DNA of 64,000 nt, taken from assembly GCA_043228905.1 (NCBI GenBank), contig JBHGNT010000046.1, positions 1 through 64,000 of the forward strand, given 5' to 3'. Under the pieces are notes generated by a model that searched no databases, was not told where the DNA came from, and saw only the letters and a program-made list of their open reading frames with translations. The DNA comes from Azolla caroliniana (lineage: Eukaryota; Plantae; Polypodiophyta). The translations under genes were made by a program, and so were the position numbers. This document shows, piece after piece, positions 9,261 to 22,290 of the stretch (its first letter is position 1; each line of letters opens with the position of its first letter).

Positions 9261-9599
9261 GGCCGGTGGAGGTTGTGAGTGGTGGGAAGTGTGATGTGAG
9301 AAGAATACATAGGGGATTTAGGGTGACTAGTTGAGGGGTGGATACAACTTGTGGATGGTTTGGTAGAGGTGGTGTAGGGAGGATGTTGGGTATGGGTTGA
9401 TTGGGTGTAGTGGTTAGGGATGTAGGGGTTAAGAGAGGTGTATGAGGGGTTGGGGAAGGCTAAGGGTATTTGGGAAAATAGGGGAGGGTTTATGTTGTGA
9501 TTGTGGGTAGTTTCTTTAAACCAAGGGGGGCTTAGTGTGTGTGAATAGTTGTGAGAGGGGGGGGTAGGAAAGGTATTTCTAGAATTATTAGGAGGAGTA
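9248..9599 (-). CDS. 3' remnant of ORF1 (Pro/His/Thr/Ser-rich), truncated at the satellite junction
   Basis: Open frame from the junction to TAG at 9250-9248, ending ...LHRPKNV*. The track's start (MRIAWR, 9619-9602) is satellite sequence. The stop lies one codon after an in-frame slippery heptamer. The low-complexity composition could partly reflect strand bias. Confidence 0.6.
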
Positions 9600-9789
9600 T
9601 ACCTCCAAGCTATTCTCAACTCCCAACTCCCTCCTAAAATTTGGTAATTTCATCATTTCTTTCGACCTGAGTTTCAAAATCTCGATTTTTTAATTCCATA
9701 GCATAGCTAGTGCTGTTAGCTTCGATTCGCATGTTTGAGCACAAAAATCCGATATCACACGAGCCACGTATGAACATTTTAATTTACTC

Positions 9790-12700
9790 AAGGGCTCCTC
9801 TCAACTCACTCCTCAAATTTGGTAATTTCATCATGTCCCTCGACCTGAGTTTCAAAATCTTGATTTTTTAATTCCATATCATAGCTAGCGTCGTTAGCTT
9901 CGATTCGCATGTTTGAACACAAAACTCCAATATCACACTCGCCAGGTATGAACAGTTTAAATTACCTACTAACTCTTCCCAACTAACTCCTCAAATTTGG
10001 TAATTTCGTCATGTCTCTCGGCCTGAGTTTCAAAATCTTGATTTTTTAATTCCATATCATAGCTAGCGTGGTTAGCTTCGATTCGCATCTTTGAACACAA
10101 AAATCCGATATCACACGGGCCACGTATGAACATTTTAATTTACTCAAGGGCTCCTCTCAACTCACTACTGAAATTTGGTAATTTCATCATGTCTCTCGAC
10201 CTGAGTTTCAAAATCTTGATTTTTTAATTCTATATCATAGCTAGCGTTGTTAGCTTCGATTCGCATGTTTGAACACAAAAATCCAATATGACACTCGCCA
10301 GGTATGAACATTTTAATTTACCTACTAACTCTTCCCAACTCACTCCTCAAATTTGGTAATTTCGTCATGTCTCTCGACCTGAGTTTCAAAATCTTGGCTT
10401 TTTAATTCCATATCATAGCTAGCGTTGTTAGCTTCGATTCGCATGTTTGAACACAAAAATGCGATATCACACGAGCCAGGTATGAACATTTTAATTTACT
10501 CAAGGCCTCCTCTCAACTCACTCCTCAAATTTGGTAATTTCGTCATGTCTCTCGACCTGAGTTTCAAAATCTTGATTTTTTATTTCTATATCATAGCTAG
10601 CGTTGTTAGCTTCGATTCGCATGTTTGAACACAAAAATGCGATATCACACGAGCCAGGTATGAACATTTTAATTTACCTCCAAGCTATTCTCAACTTACT
10701 CCTCAAATTTGCTAATTTCATCATGTCTCTCGACCTGAGTTTCGAAATCTTGATTTTTTAATTCTATATCATAGCTAGCGTTGTTAGCTTCGATTCGCAT
10801 GTTTGAACACAAAAATGCGATATCACACGAGCCAGGTATGAACATTTTAATTTTCCTACTAGCTCTTCCCAACTCACTCCTCAAATTTGGTAATTTCGTC
10901 ATGTCTCTCGACCTGAGTTTCAGAATCTTGATTTTTTAATTCTATATCATAGCTAGCGTTGTTAGCTTCGATTCGCATGTTTTGAACACAAAAATCCGAT
11001 ATCACACTCGCCATGTATGAACATTTTAATTTACCTACTAACTCTTCCCAACTCACTCCTCATGTTTGGTAATTTCGTCATGTCTCTCGACCTGAGTTTC
11101 AAAATCTTGATTTTTTAATTCCATATCATAGCTAGCGTTGTTAGCTTCGATTCGCATGTTTGAACACAAAAATCCCATATTACACGAGCCAGGTATGAAC
11201 ATTGTATTTTACTCAAGGGCTCCTCTCAACTCCCTCCTAAAATTTGGTAATTTCATCATTTCTTTCGACCTGAGTTTCAAAATCTCGATTTTTTAATTCC
11301 ATAGCATAGCTAGTCCTGTTAGCTTCGATTCGCATGTTTGAGCACAAAAATCCGATATCACACGAGCCACGTATGAACATTCTAATTTACTCAAGGGCTC
11401 CTCTCAACTCACTACTGAAATTTGGTAATTTCATCATGTCCCTCGACCTGAGTTTCAAAATCTTGATTTTTTAATTCTATATCATAGCTAGCGTTGTTAG
11501 CTTCGATTCGCATGTTTGAACACAAAAATCCGATATGAAAATCGCGAGGTATGAACATTTTAATTTTCCTACTAGCTCTTCCCAACTCACTCCTCAAATT
11601 TGGTAATTTCGTCATGTCTCTCGACCTGAGTTTCAAAATCTTGATTTTTTAATTCCATATCATAGCTAGCGTTGTTAGCTTCGATTCGCATGTTTGAGCA
11701 CAAAAATTCGATATCACACTCGCCAGGTATGAACATTTTAATTTACTCAAGGGCTCCTCTCAACTCCCTCCTCAAATTTGGTAATTTCATCATGTCCCTC
11801 GACCTGAGTTTCAAAATCTTGATTTTTTAATTCCATATCATAGCTAGCGTTGTTAGCTTCGATTCGCATGTTTGAACACAAAACTCCGATATCACACTCG
11901 CCAGGTATGAACAGTTTAAATTACCTACTAACTCTTCCCAACTAACTCCTCAAATTTGGTAATTTCGTCATGTCTCTCGACCTGAGTTTCAAAATCTTGA
12001 TTTTTTAATTCCATATCATAGCTAGCGTGGTTAGCTTCGATTCGCATATTTGAACACAAAAATCCGATATCACACGGGCCACGTATGAACATTTTAATTT
12101 ACTCAAGGGCTCCTCTCAACTCACTACTGAAATTTGGTAATTTCATCATGTCTCTCGACCTGAGTTTGAAAATCTTGATTTTTTAATTCTATATCATAGC
12201 TAGCGTTGTTAGCTTCGATTCGCATGTTTGAACACAAAAATCCAATATGACACTCGCCAGGTATGAACATTTTAATTTACCTACTAACTCTTCCCAACTC
12301 ACTCCTCAAATTTGGTAATTTCGTCATGTCTCTCGACCTGAGTTTCAAAATCTTGGCTTTTTAATTCCATATCATAGCTAGCGTTGTTAGCTTCGATTCG
12401 CATGTTTGAACACAAAAATGCGATATCACACGAGCCAGGTATGAACATTTTAATTTACTCAAGGCCTCCTCTCAAATCACTCCTCAAATTTGGTAATTTC
12501 GTCATGTCTCTCGACCTGAGTTTCAAAATCTTGATTTTTTATTTCTATATCATAGCTAGCGTTGTTAGCTTCGATTCGCATGTTTGAACACAAAAATGCG
12601 ATATCACACGAGCCAGGTATGAACATTTTAATTTACCTCCAAGCTATTCTCAACTTACTCCTCAAATTTGCTAATTTCATCATGTCTCTCGACCTGAGTT

Positions 12701-12880
12701 TCGAAATCTTGATTTTTTAATTCTATATCATAGCTAGCGTTGTTAGCTTCGATTCGCATGTTTGAACACAAAAATGCGATATCACACGAGCCAGGTATGA
12801 ACATTTTAATTTTCCTACTAGCTCTTCCCAACTCACTCCTCAAATTTGGTAATTTCGTCATGTCTCTCGACCTGAGTTTC
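9790..12880 (+). repeat. 11-monomer higher-order repeat (1959 bp offset), partial duplication
   Basis: ORF markers 10425->12384 and 10696->12655 differ by 1959 = 11x178+1. The +1 is the gttttgaac variant near 10980. Boundaries approximate. Confidence 0.7.
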
Positions 12881-13899
12881 AAAATCTCGATTTTTTAATT
12901 CTATATCATAGCTAGCGTTGTTAGCTTCGATTCGCATGTTTGAACACAAAAATCCAATATCACACTCGCCAGGTATGAACCTTTTAATTTACTCAAGGAC
13001 TCCTCTCAACTCCCTCCTCATGTTTGGTAATTTCGTCATGTCTCTCGACCTGAGTTTTAAAATCTTGATTTTTTAATTCCATATCATAGCTAGCGTTGTT
13101 AGCTTCGATTCGCATGTTTGAACACAAAAATCCCATATTACACGAGCCAGGTATGAACATTGTATTTTACTCAAGGGCTCCTCTCAACTCCCTCCTAAAA
13201 TTTGGTAATTTCATCATTTCTTTCGACCTGATTTTCAAAATCTCGATTTTTTAATTCCATAGCATAGCTAGTGCTGTTAGCTTCGATTCGCATGTTTGAG
13301 CACAAAAATCCGATATCACACGAGCCACGTATGAACATTCTAATTTACTCAAGGGCTCCTCTCAACTCACTACTGAAATTTGGTAATTTCATCATGTCCC
13401 TCGATCTGAGTTTCAAAATCTTGTTAGCTTCGATTCGCATGTTTCAAAATCTTGTTAGCCTCAAATTTGGTAATTTCGTCATGTCTCTCGACCTGAGTTT
13501 CAAAATCTCGATTTTTTAATTCTATATCATAGCTAGCGTTGTTAGCTTCGATTCGCATGTTTGAACACAAAAATCCGATATGAAAATCGCGAGGTATGAA
13601 CATTTTAATTTTCCTACTAGCTCTTCCCAACTCACTCCTCAAATTTGGTAATTTCGTCATGTCTCTCGACCTGAGTTTCAAAATCTTGATTTTTTAATTC
13701 CATATCATAGCTAGCGTTGTTAGCTTCGATTCGCATGTTTGAGCACAAAAATTCGATATCACACTCGCCAGGTATGAACATTTTAATTTACTCAAGGACT
13801 CCTCTCAACTCCCTCCTCATGTTTGGTAATTTCGTCATGTCTCTCGACCTGAGTTTTAAAATCTTGATTTTTTAATTCCATATCATAGCTAGCGTTGTT

Positions 13900-16800
13900 A
13901 GCTTCGATTCGCATGTTTGAACACAAAAATCCCATATTACACGAGCCAGGTATGAACATTGTATTTTACTCAAGGGCTCCTCTCAACTCCCTCCTAAAAT
14001 TTGGTAATTTCATCATTTCTTTCGACCTGATTTTCAAAATCTCGATTTTTTAATTCCATAGCATAGCTAGTGCTGTTAGCTTCGATTCGCATGTTTGAGC
14101 ACAAAAATCCGATATCACACGAGCCACGTATGAACATTCTAATTTACTCAAGGGCTCCTCTCAACTCACTACTGAAATTTGGTAATTTCATCATGTCCCT
14201 CGATCTGAGTTTCAAAATCTTGATTTTTTAATTCTATATCATAGCTAGCGTTGTTAGCTTCGATTCGCATGTTTGAACACAAAAATCCGATATGACACTC
14301 GCGAGGTATGAACATTTTAATTTTCCTACTAGCTCTTCCCAACTCACTCCTCAAATTTGGTAATTTCGTCATGTCTCTCGACCTGAGTTTCAAAATCTTG
14401 ATTTTTTAATTCCATATCATAGCTAGCGTTGTTAGCTTCGATTCGCATGTTTGAGCACAAAAATTCGATATCACACTCGCCAGGTATGAACATTTTAATT
14501 TACTCAAGGGCTCCTCTCAACTCACTCCTCAAATTTGGTAATTTCGTCATGTCTCTCGACCTGAGTTTCCAAATCTTGATTTTTTAATTCGATATCATAG
14601 CTAGCGTTGTTAGCTTCGATTCGCATGTTTGAACACAAAAATCCGATAGCACACGAGCCAGGTATGAACATTTTAATTTACTCAAGGGCTCTGCTCAACT
14701 CACTCCTCAAATTTGGTAATTTCGTCATGTCTGTCGACCTGAGTTTCAAAATCTTGATTTTTTAATTCCAGATCATAGCTAGCGTTGTTAGCTTCGATTC
14801 GCATGTTTGAACACAAAAATCCGATATCACACGAGCCAGGTATGAACATTTTAATTTACTCAAGGGCTCCTCTCAACTCCCTCCTCATGTTTGGTAATTT
14901 CGTCATGTCTTTCGACCTGAGTTTCAAAATCTTGATTTTTTAATTCCATATCATAGCTAGCGTTGTTAGCTTCGATTCGCATGTTTGAACACAAAAATCC
15001 CATATTACACGAGCCAGGTATGAACATTGTATTTTACTCAAGGGCTCCTCTCAACTCCCTCCTAAACTTTGGTAATTTCATCATTTCTTTCGACCTGAGT
15101 TTCAAAATCTCGATTTTTTAATTCCATAGCATAGCTAGTGCTGTTAGCTTCGATTCGCATGTTTGAGCACAAAAATCCGATATCACACGAGCCACGTATG
15201 AACATTTTAATTTACTCAAGGGCTCCTCTCAACTCACTACTGAAATTTGGTAATTTCATCATGTCCCTCGACCTGAGTTTCAAAATCTTGATTTTTTAAT
15301 TCTATATCATAACTAGCGTTGTTAGCTTCGATTCGCATGTTTGAACACAAAACTCCGATATCACACTCGCCAAGTATGAACATTTTAAATTACCTACTAA
15401 CTCTTCCCAACTAACTCCTCAAATTTGGTAATTTCGTCATGTCTCTCGACCTGAGTTTCAAAATCTTGATTTTTTAATTCCATATCATAGCTAGCGTTGT
15501 TAGCTTCGATTCGCATGTTTGAACACCAAAATCCGATATCACACGAGCCACGTATGAACATTTTAATTTACTCAAAGGCTCTCTCAACTCACTACTGAAA
15601 TTTGGTAATTTCATCATGTCTCTCGACCTGAGTTTCAAAATCTCGATTTTTTAATTCTATATCATAGCTAGCGTTGTTAGCTTCGATTCGCATGTTTGAA
15701 CACAAAAATCCAATATCACACTCGCCAGGTATGAACCTTTTAATTTACTCAAGGACTCCTCTCAACTCCCTCCTCATGTTTGGTAATTTCGTCATGTCTC
15801 TCGACCTGAGTTTTAAAATCTTGATTTTTTAATTCCATATCATAGCTAGCGTTGTTAGCTTCGATTCGCATGTTTGAACACCAAAATCCGATATCACACG
15901 AGCCACGTATGAACATTTTAATTTACTCAAGGGCTCCTCTCAACTAACTCCTCAAATTTGGTAATTTCGTCATGTCTCTCGACCTGAGTTTCAAAATCTT
16001 GATTTTTTAATTCGATATCATAGCTAGCGTTGTTAGCTTCGATTCGCATGTTTGAACACAAAACTCCGATATCACACTCGCCAGGTATGAACAGTTTAAA
16101 TTACCTACTAACTCTTCCCAACTAACTCCTCAAATTTGGTAATTTCGTCATGTCTCTCGACCTGAGTTTCAAAATCTTGATTTTTTAATTCCATATCATA
16201 GCTAGCGTGGTTAGCTTCGATTCGCATCTTTGAACACAAAAATCCGATATCACACGGGCCACGTATGAACATTTTAATTTACTCAAGGGCTCCTCTCAAC
16301 TCACTACTGAAATTTGGTAATTTCATCATGTCTCTCGACCTGAGTTTCAAAATCTTGATTTTTTAATTCTATATCATAGCTAGCGTTGTTAGCTTCGATT
16401 CGCATGTTTGAACACAAAAATCCAATATGACACTCGCCAGGTATGAACATTTTAATTTACCTACTAACTCTTCCCAACTCACTCCTCAAATTTGGTAATT
16501 TCGTCATGTCTCTCGACTTGTGTTTCAAAATCTTGGCTTTTTAATTCCATATCATAGCTAGCGTTGTTAGCTTCGATTCGCATGTTTGAACACAAAAATG
16601 CGATATCACACGAGCCAGGTATGAACATTTTAATTTACTCAAGGCCTCCTCTCAACTCACTCCTCAAATTTGGTAATTTCGTCATGTCTCTCGACCTGAG
16701 TTTCAAAATCTTGATTTTTTATTTCTATATCATAGCTAGCGTTGTTAGCTTCGATTCGCATGTTTGAACACAAAAATGCGATATCACACGAGATAGGTAT

Positions 16801-19800
16801 GAACATTTTAATTTACCTCCAAGCTATTCTCAACTTACTCCTCAAATTTACTAATTTCATCATGTCTCTCGACCTAAGTTTCGAAATCTTGATTTTTTAA
16901 TTCTATATCATAGCTAGCGTTGTTAGCTTCGATTCGCATGTTTGAACACAAAAATGCGATATCACACGAGCCAGTTATGGACATTTTAATTTTCCTACTA
17001 GCTCTTCCCAACTCACTCCTCAAATTTGGTAATTTCGTCATGTCTCTCGACCTGAGTTTCAGAATCTTGATTTTTTAATTCTATATCATAGCTAGCGTTG
17101 TTAGCTTCGATTCGCATGTTTTGAACACAAAAATCCGATATCACACTCGCCATGTATGAACATTTTAATTTACCTACTAACTCTTCCCAACTCACTCCTC
17201 ATGTTTGGTAATTTCGTCATGTCTCTCGACCTGAGTTTCCAAATCTTGATTTTTTAATTTCATATCATAGCTAGCGTTGTTAGCTTCGATTCGCATGTTT
17301 GAACACAAAAATCCCATATTACACGAGCCAGGTATGAACATTGTATTTTACTCAAGGGCTCCTCTCAACTCCCTCCTAAAATTTGGTAATTTCATCATTT
17401 CTTTCGACCTGAGTTTCAAAATCTCGATTTTTTAATTCCATAGCATAGCTAGTGCTGTTAGCTTCGATTCGCATGTTTGAGCACAAAAATCCGATATCAC
17501 ACGAGCCACGTATGAACATTCTAATTTACTCAAGGGCTCCTCTCAACTCACTACTGAAATTTGGTAATTTCATCATGTCCCTCGACCTGAGTTTCAAAAT
17601 CTTGATTTTTTAATTCTATATCATAGCTAGCGTTGTTAGCTTCGATTCGCATGTTTGAACACAAAAATCCGATATGACACTCGCGAGGTATGAACATTTT
17701 AATTTTCCTACTAGCTCTTCCCAACTCACTCCTCAAATTTGGTAATTTCGTCATGTCTCTCGACCTGAGTTTCAAAATCTTGATTTCTTAATTCCATATC
17801 ATAGCTAGCGTTGTTAGCTTCGATTCGCATGTTTGAGCACAAAAATTCGATATCACACTCGCCAGGTATGAACATTTTAATTTACTCAAGGGCTCCTCTC
17901 AACTCACTCCTCAAATTTGGTAATTTCGTCATGTCTCTCGACCTGAGTTTCCAAATCTTGATTTTTTAATTCGATATCATAGCTAGCGTTGTTAGCTTCG
18001 ATTCGCATGTTTGAACACAAAAATCCGATAGCACACGAGCCAGGTATGAACATTTTAATTTACTCAAGGGCTCTGCTCAACTCACTCCTCAAATTTGGTA
18101 ATTTCGTCATGTCTGTCGACCTGAGTTTCAAAATCTTGATTTTTTAATTCCAGATTATAGCTAGCGTTGTTAGCTTCGATTCGCATGTTTGAACACAAAA
18201 ATCCGATATCACACGAGCCAGGTATGAACATTTTAATTTACTCAAGGGCTCCTCTCAACTCCCTCCTCATGTTTGGTAATTTCGTCATGTCTTTCGACCT
18301 GAGTTTCAAAATCTTGATTTTTTAATTCCATATCATAGCTAGCGTTGTTAGCTTCGATTCGCATGTTTGAACACAAAAATCCCATATTACACGAGCCAGG
18401 TATGAACATTGTATTTTACTCAAGGGCTCCTCTCAACTCCCTCCTAAACTTTGGTAATTTCATCATTTCTTTCGACCTGAGTTTCAAAATCTCGATTTTT
18501 TAATTCCATAGCATAGCTAGTGCTGTTAGCTTCGATTCGCATGTTTGAGCACAAAAATCCGATATCACACGAGCCACGTATGAACATTTTAATTTACTCA
18601 AGGGCTCCTCTCAACTCACTACTGAAATTTGGTAATTTCATCATGTCCCTCGACCTGAGTTTCAAAATCTTGATTTTTTAATTCTATATCATAACTAGCG
18701 TTGTTAGCTTCGATTCGCATGTTTGAACACAAAACTCCGATATCACACTCGCCAAGTATGAACATTTTAAATTACCTACTAACTCTTCCCAACTAACTCC
18801 TCAAATTTGGTAATTTCGTCATGTCTCTCGACCTGAGTTTCAAAATCTTGATTTTTTAATTCCATATCATAGCTAGCGTTGTTAGCTTCGATTCGCATGT
18901 TTGAACACCAAAATCCGATATCACACGAGCCACGTATGAACATTTTAATTTACTCAAAGGCTCTCTCAACTCACTACTGAAATTTGGTAATTTCATCATG
19001 TCTCTCGACCTGAGTTTCAAAATCTCGATTTTTTAATTCTATATCATAGCTAGCGTTGTTAGCTTCGATTCGCATGTTTGAACACAAAAATCCAATATCA
19101 CACTCGCCAGGTATGAACCTTTTAATTTACTCAAGGACTCCTCTCAACTCCCTCCTCATGTTTGGTAATTTCGTCATGTCTCTCGACCTGAGTTTTAAAA
19201 TCTTGATTTTTTAATTCCATATCATAGCTAGCGTTGTTAGCTTCGATTCGCATGTTTGAACACCAAAATCCGATATCACACGAGCCACGTATGAACATTT
19301 TAATTTACTCAAGGGCTCCTCTCAACTAACTCCTCAAATTTGGTAATTTCGTCATGTCTCTCGACCTGAGTTTCAAAATCTTGATTTTTTAATTCGATAT
19401 CATAGCTAGCGTTGTTAGCTTCGATTCGCATGTTTGAACACAAAACTCCGATATCACACTCGCCAGGTATGAACAGTTTAAATTACCTACTAACTCTTCC
19501 CAACTAACTCCTCAAATTTGGTAATTTCGTCATGTCTCTCGACCTGAGTTTCAAAATCTTGATTTTTTAATTCCATATCATAGCTAGCGTGGTTAGCTTC
19601 GATTCGCATCTTTGAACACAAAAATCCGATATCACACGGGCCACGTATGAACATTTTAATTTACTCAAGGGCTCCTCTCAACTCACTACTGAAATTTGGT
19701 AATTTCATCATGTCTCTCGACCTGAGTTTCAAAATCTTGATTTTTTAATTCTATATCATAGCTAGCGTTGTTAGCTTCGATTCGCATGTTTGAACACAAA

Positions 19801-22290
19801 AATCCAATATGACACTCGCCAGGTATGAACATTTTAATTTACCTACTAACTCTTCCCAACTCACTCCTCAAATTTGGTAATTTCGTCATGTCTCTCGACT
19901 TGAGTTTCAAAATCTTGGCTTTTTAATTCCATATCATAGCTAGCGTTGTTAGCTTCGATTCGCATGTTTGAACACAAAAATGCGATATCACACGAGCCAG
20001 GTATGAACATTTTAATTTACTCAAGGCCTCCTCTCAACTCACTCCTCAAATTTGGTAATTTCGTCATGTCTCTCGACCTGAGTTTCAAAATCTTGATTTT
20101 TTATTTCTATATCATAGCTAGCGTTGTTAGCTTCGATTCGCATGTTTGAACACAAAAATGCGATATCACACGAGCCAGGTATGAACATTTTAATTTACCT
20201 CCAAGCTATTCTCAACTTACTCCTCAAATTTGCTAATTTCATCATGTCTCTCGACCTAAGTTTCGAAATCTTGATTTTTTAATTCTATATCATAGCTAGT
20301 GTTGTTAGCTTCGATTCGCATGTTTGAACACAAAAATGCGATATCACACGAGCCAGGTATGAACATTTTAATTTTCCTACTAGCTCTTCCCAACTCACTC
20401 CTCAAATTTGGTAATTTCGTCATGTCTCTCGACCTGAGTTTCAGAATCTTGATTTTTTAATTCTATATCATAGCTAGCGTTGTTAGCTTCGATTCGCATG
20501 TTTTGAACACAAAAATCCGATATCACACTCGCCATGTATGAACATTTTAATTTACCTACTAACTCTTCCCAACTCACTCCTCATGTTTGGTAATTTCGTC
20601 ATGTCTCTCGACCTGAGTTTCCAAATCTTGATTTTTTAATTTCATATCATAGCTAGCGTTGTTAGCTTCGATTCGCATGTTTGAACACAAAAATCCCATA
20701 TTACATGAGCCAGGTATGAACATTGTATTTTACTCAAGGGCTCCTCTCAACTCCCTCCTAAAATTTGGTAATTTCATCATTTCTTTCGACCTGAGTTTCA
20801 AAATCTCGATTTTTTAATTCCATAGCATAGCTAGTGCTGTTAGCTTCGATTCGCATGTTTGAGCACAAAAATCCGATATCACACGAGCCACGTATGAACA
20901 TTCTAATTTACTCAAGGGCTCCTCTCAACTCACTACTGAAATTTGGTAATTTCATCATGTCCCTCGACCTGAGTTTCAAAATCTTGATTTTTTAATTCTA
21001 TATCATAGCTAGCGTTGTTAGCTTCGATTCGCATGTTTGAACACAAAAATCCGATATGACACTCGCGAGGTATGAACATTTTAATTTTCCTACTAGCTCT
21101 TCCCAACTCACTCCTCAAATTTGGTAATTTCGTCATGTCTCTCGACCTGAGTTTCAAAATCTTGATTTCTTAATTCCATATCATAGCTAGCGTTGTTAGC
21201 TTCGATTCGCATGTTTGAGCACAAAAATTCGATATCACACTCGCCAGGTATGAACATTTTAATTTACTCAAGGGCTCCTCTCAACTCACTCCTCAAATTT
21301 GGTAATTTCGTCATGTCTCTCGACCTGAGTTTCCAAATCTTGATTTTTTAATTCGATATCATAGCTAGCGTTGTTAGCTTCGATTCGCATGTTTGAACAC
21401 AAAAATCCGATAGCACACGAGCCAGGTATGAACATTTTAATTTACTCAAGGGCTCTGCTCAACTCACTCCTCAAATTTGGTAATTTCGTCATGTCTGTCG
21501 ACCTGAGTTTCAAAATCTTGATTTTTTAATTGCAGATCATAGCTAGCGTTGTTAGCTTCGATTCGCATGTTTGAACACAAAAATCCGATATCACACGAGC
21601 CAGGTATGAACATTTTAATTTACTCAAGGGCTCCTCTCAACTCCCTCCTCATGTTTGGTAATTTCGTCATGTCTTTCGACCTGAGTTTCAAAATCTTGAT
21701 TTTTTAATTCCATATCATAGCTAGCGTTGTTAGCTTCGATTCGCATGTTTGAACACAAAAATCCCATATTACACGAGCCAGGTATGAACATTGTATTTTA
21801 CTCAAGGGCTCCTCTCAACTCCCTCCTAAACTTTGGTAATTTCATCATTTCTTTCGACCTGAGTTTCAAAATCTCGATTTTTTAATTCCATAGCATAGCT
21901 AGTTCTGTTAGCTTCGATTCGCATGTTTGAGCACAAAAATCCGATATCACACGAGCCACGTATGAACATTTTAATTTACTCAAGGGCTCCTCTCAACTCA
22001 GTACTGAAATTTGGTAATTTCATCATGTCCCTCGACCTGAGTTTCAAAATCTTGATTTTTTAATTCTATATCATAACTAGCGTTGTTAGCTTCGATTCGC
22101 ATGTTTGAACACAAAACTCCGATATCACACTCGCCAGGTATGAACATTTTAAATTACCTACTAACTCTTCCCAACTAACTCCTCAAATTTGGTAATTTCG
22201 TCATGTCTCTCGACCTGAGTTTCAAAATCCTGATTTTTTAATTCCATATCATAGCTAGCGTTGTTAGCTTCGATTCGCATGTTTGAACAC
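13900..22290 (+). repeat. 19-monomer higher-order repeat (3382 bp), ~2.5 copies
   Basis: Markers 14169->17551->20933, 16564->19946 and 17013->20395 all differ by 3382 = 19x178. Boundaries approximate. Confidence 0.85.

Larger units (their letters stand above)
5761..9599 (-). mobile_element. 5'-truncated endonuclease-deficient Penelope-like retroelement (Athena/Coprina-type architecture)
   Basis: Non-satellite insertion with a PLE-type RT ORF and no GIY-YIG domain, an upstream ORF remnant, a frameshift signal, a hammerhead ribozyme and telomere-complementary motifs at its 3' end. The sense strand is strongly A+C-rich. The satellite stops at 5760 and resumes at the nearly adjacent monomer position at 9600. 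Confidence 0.9.
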
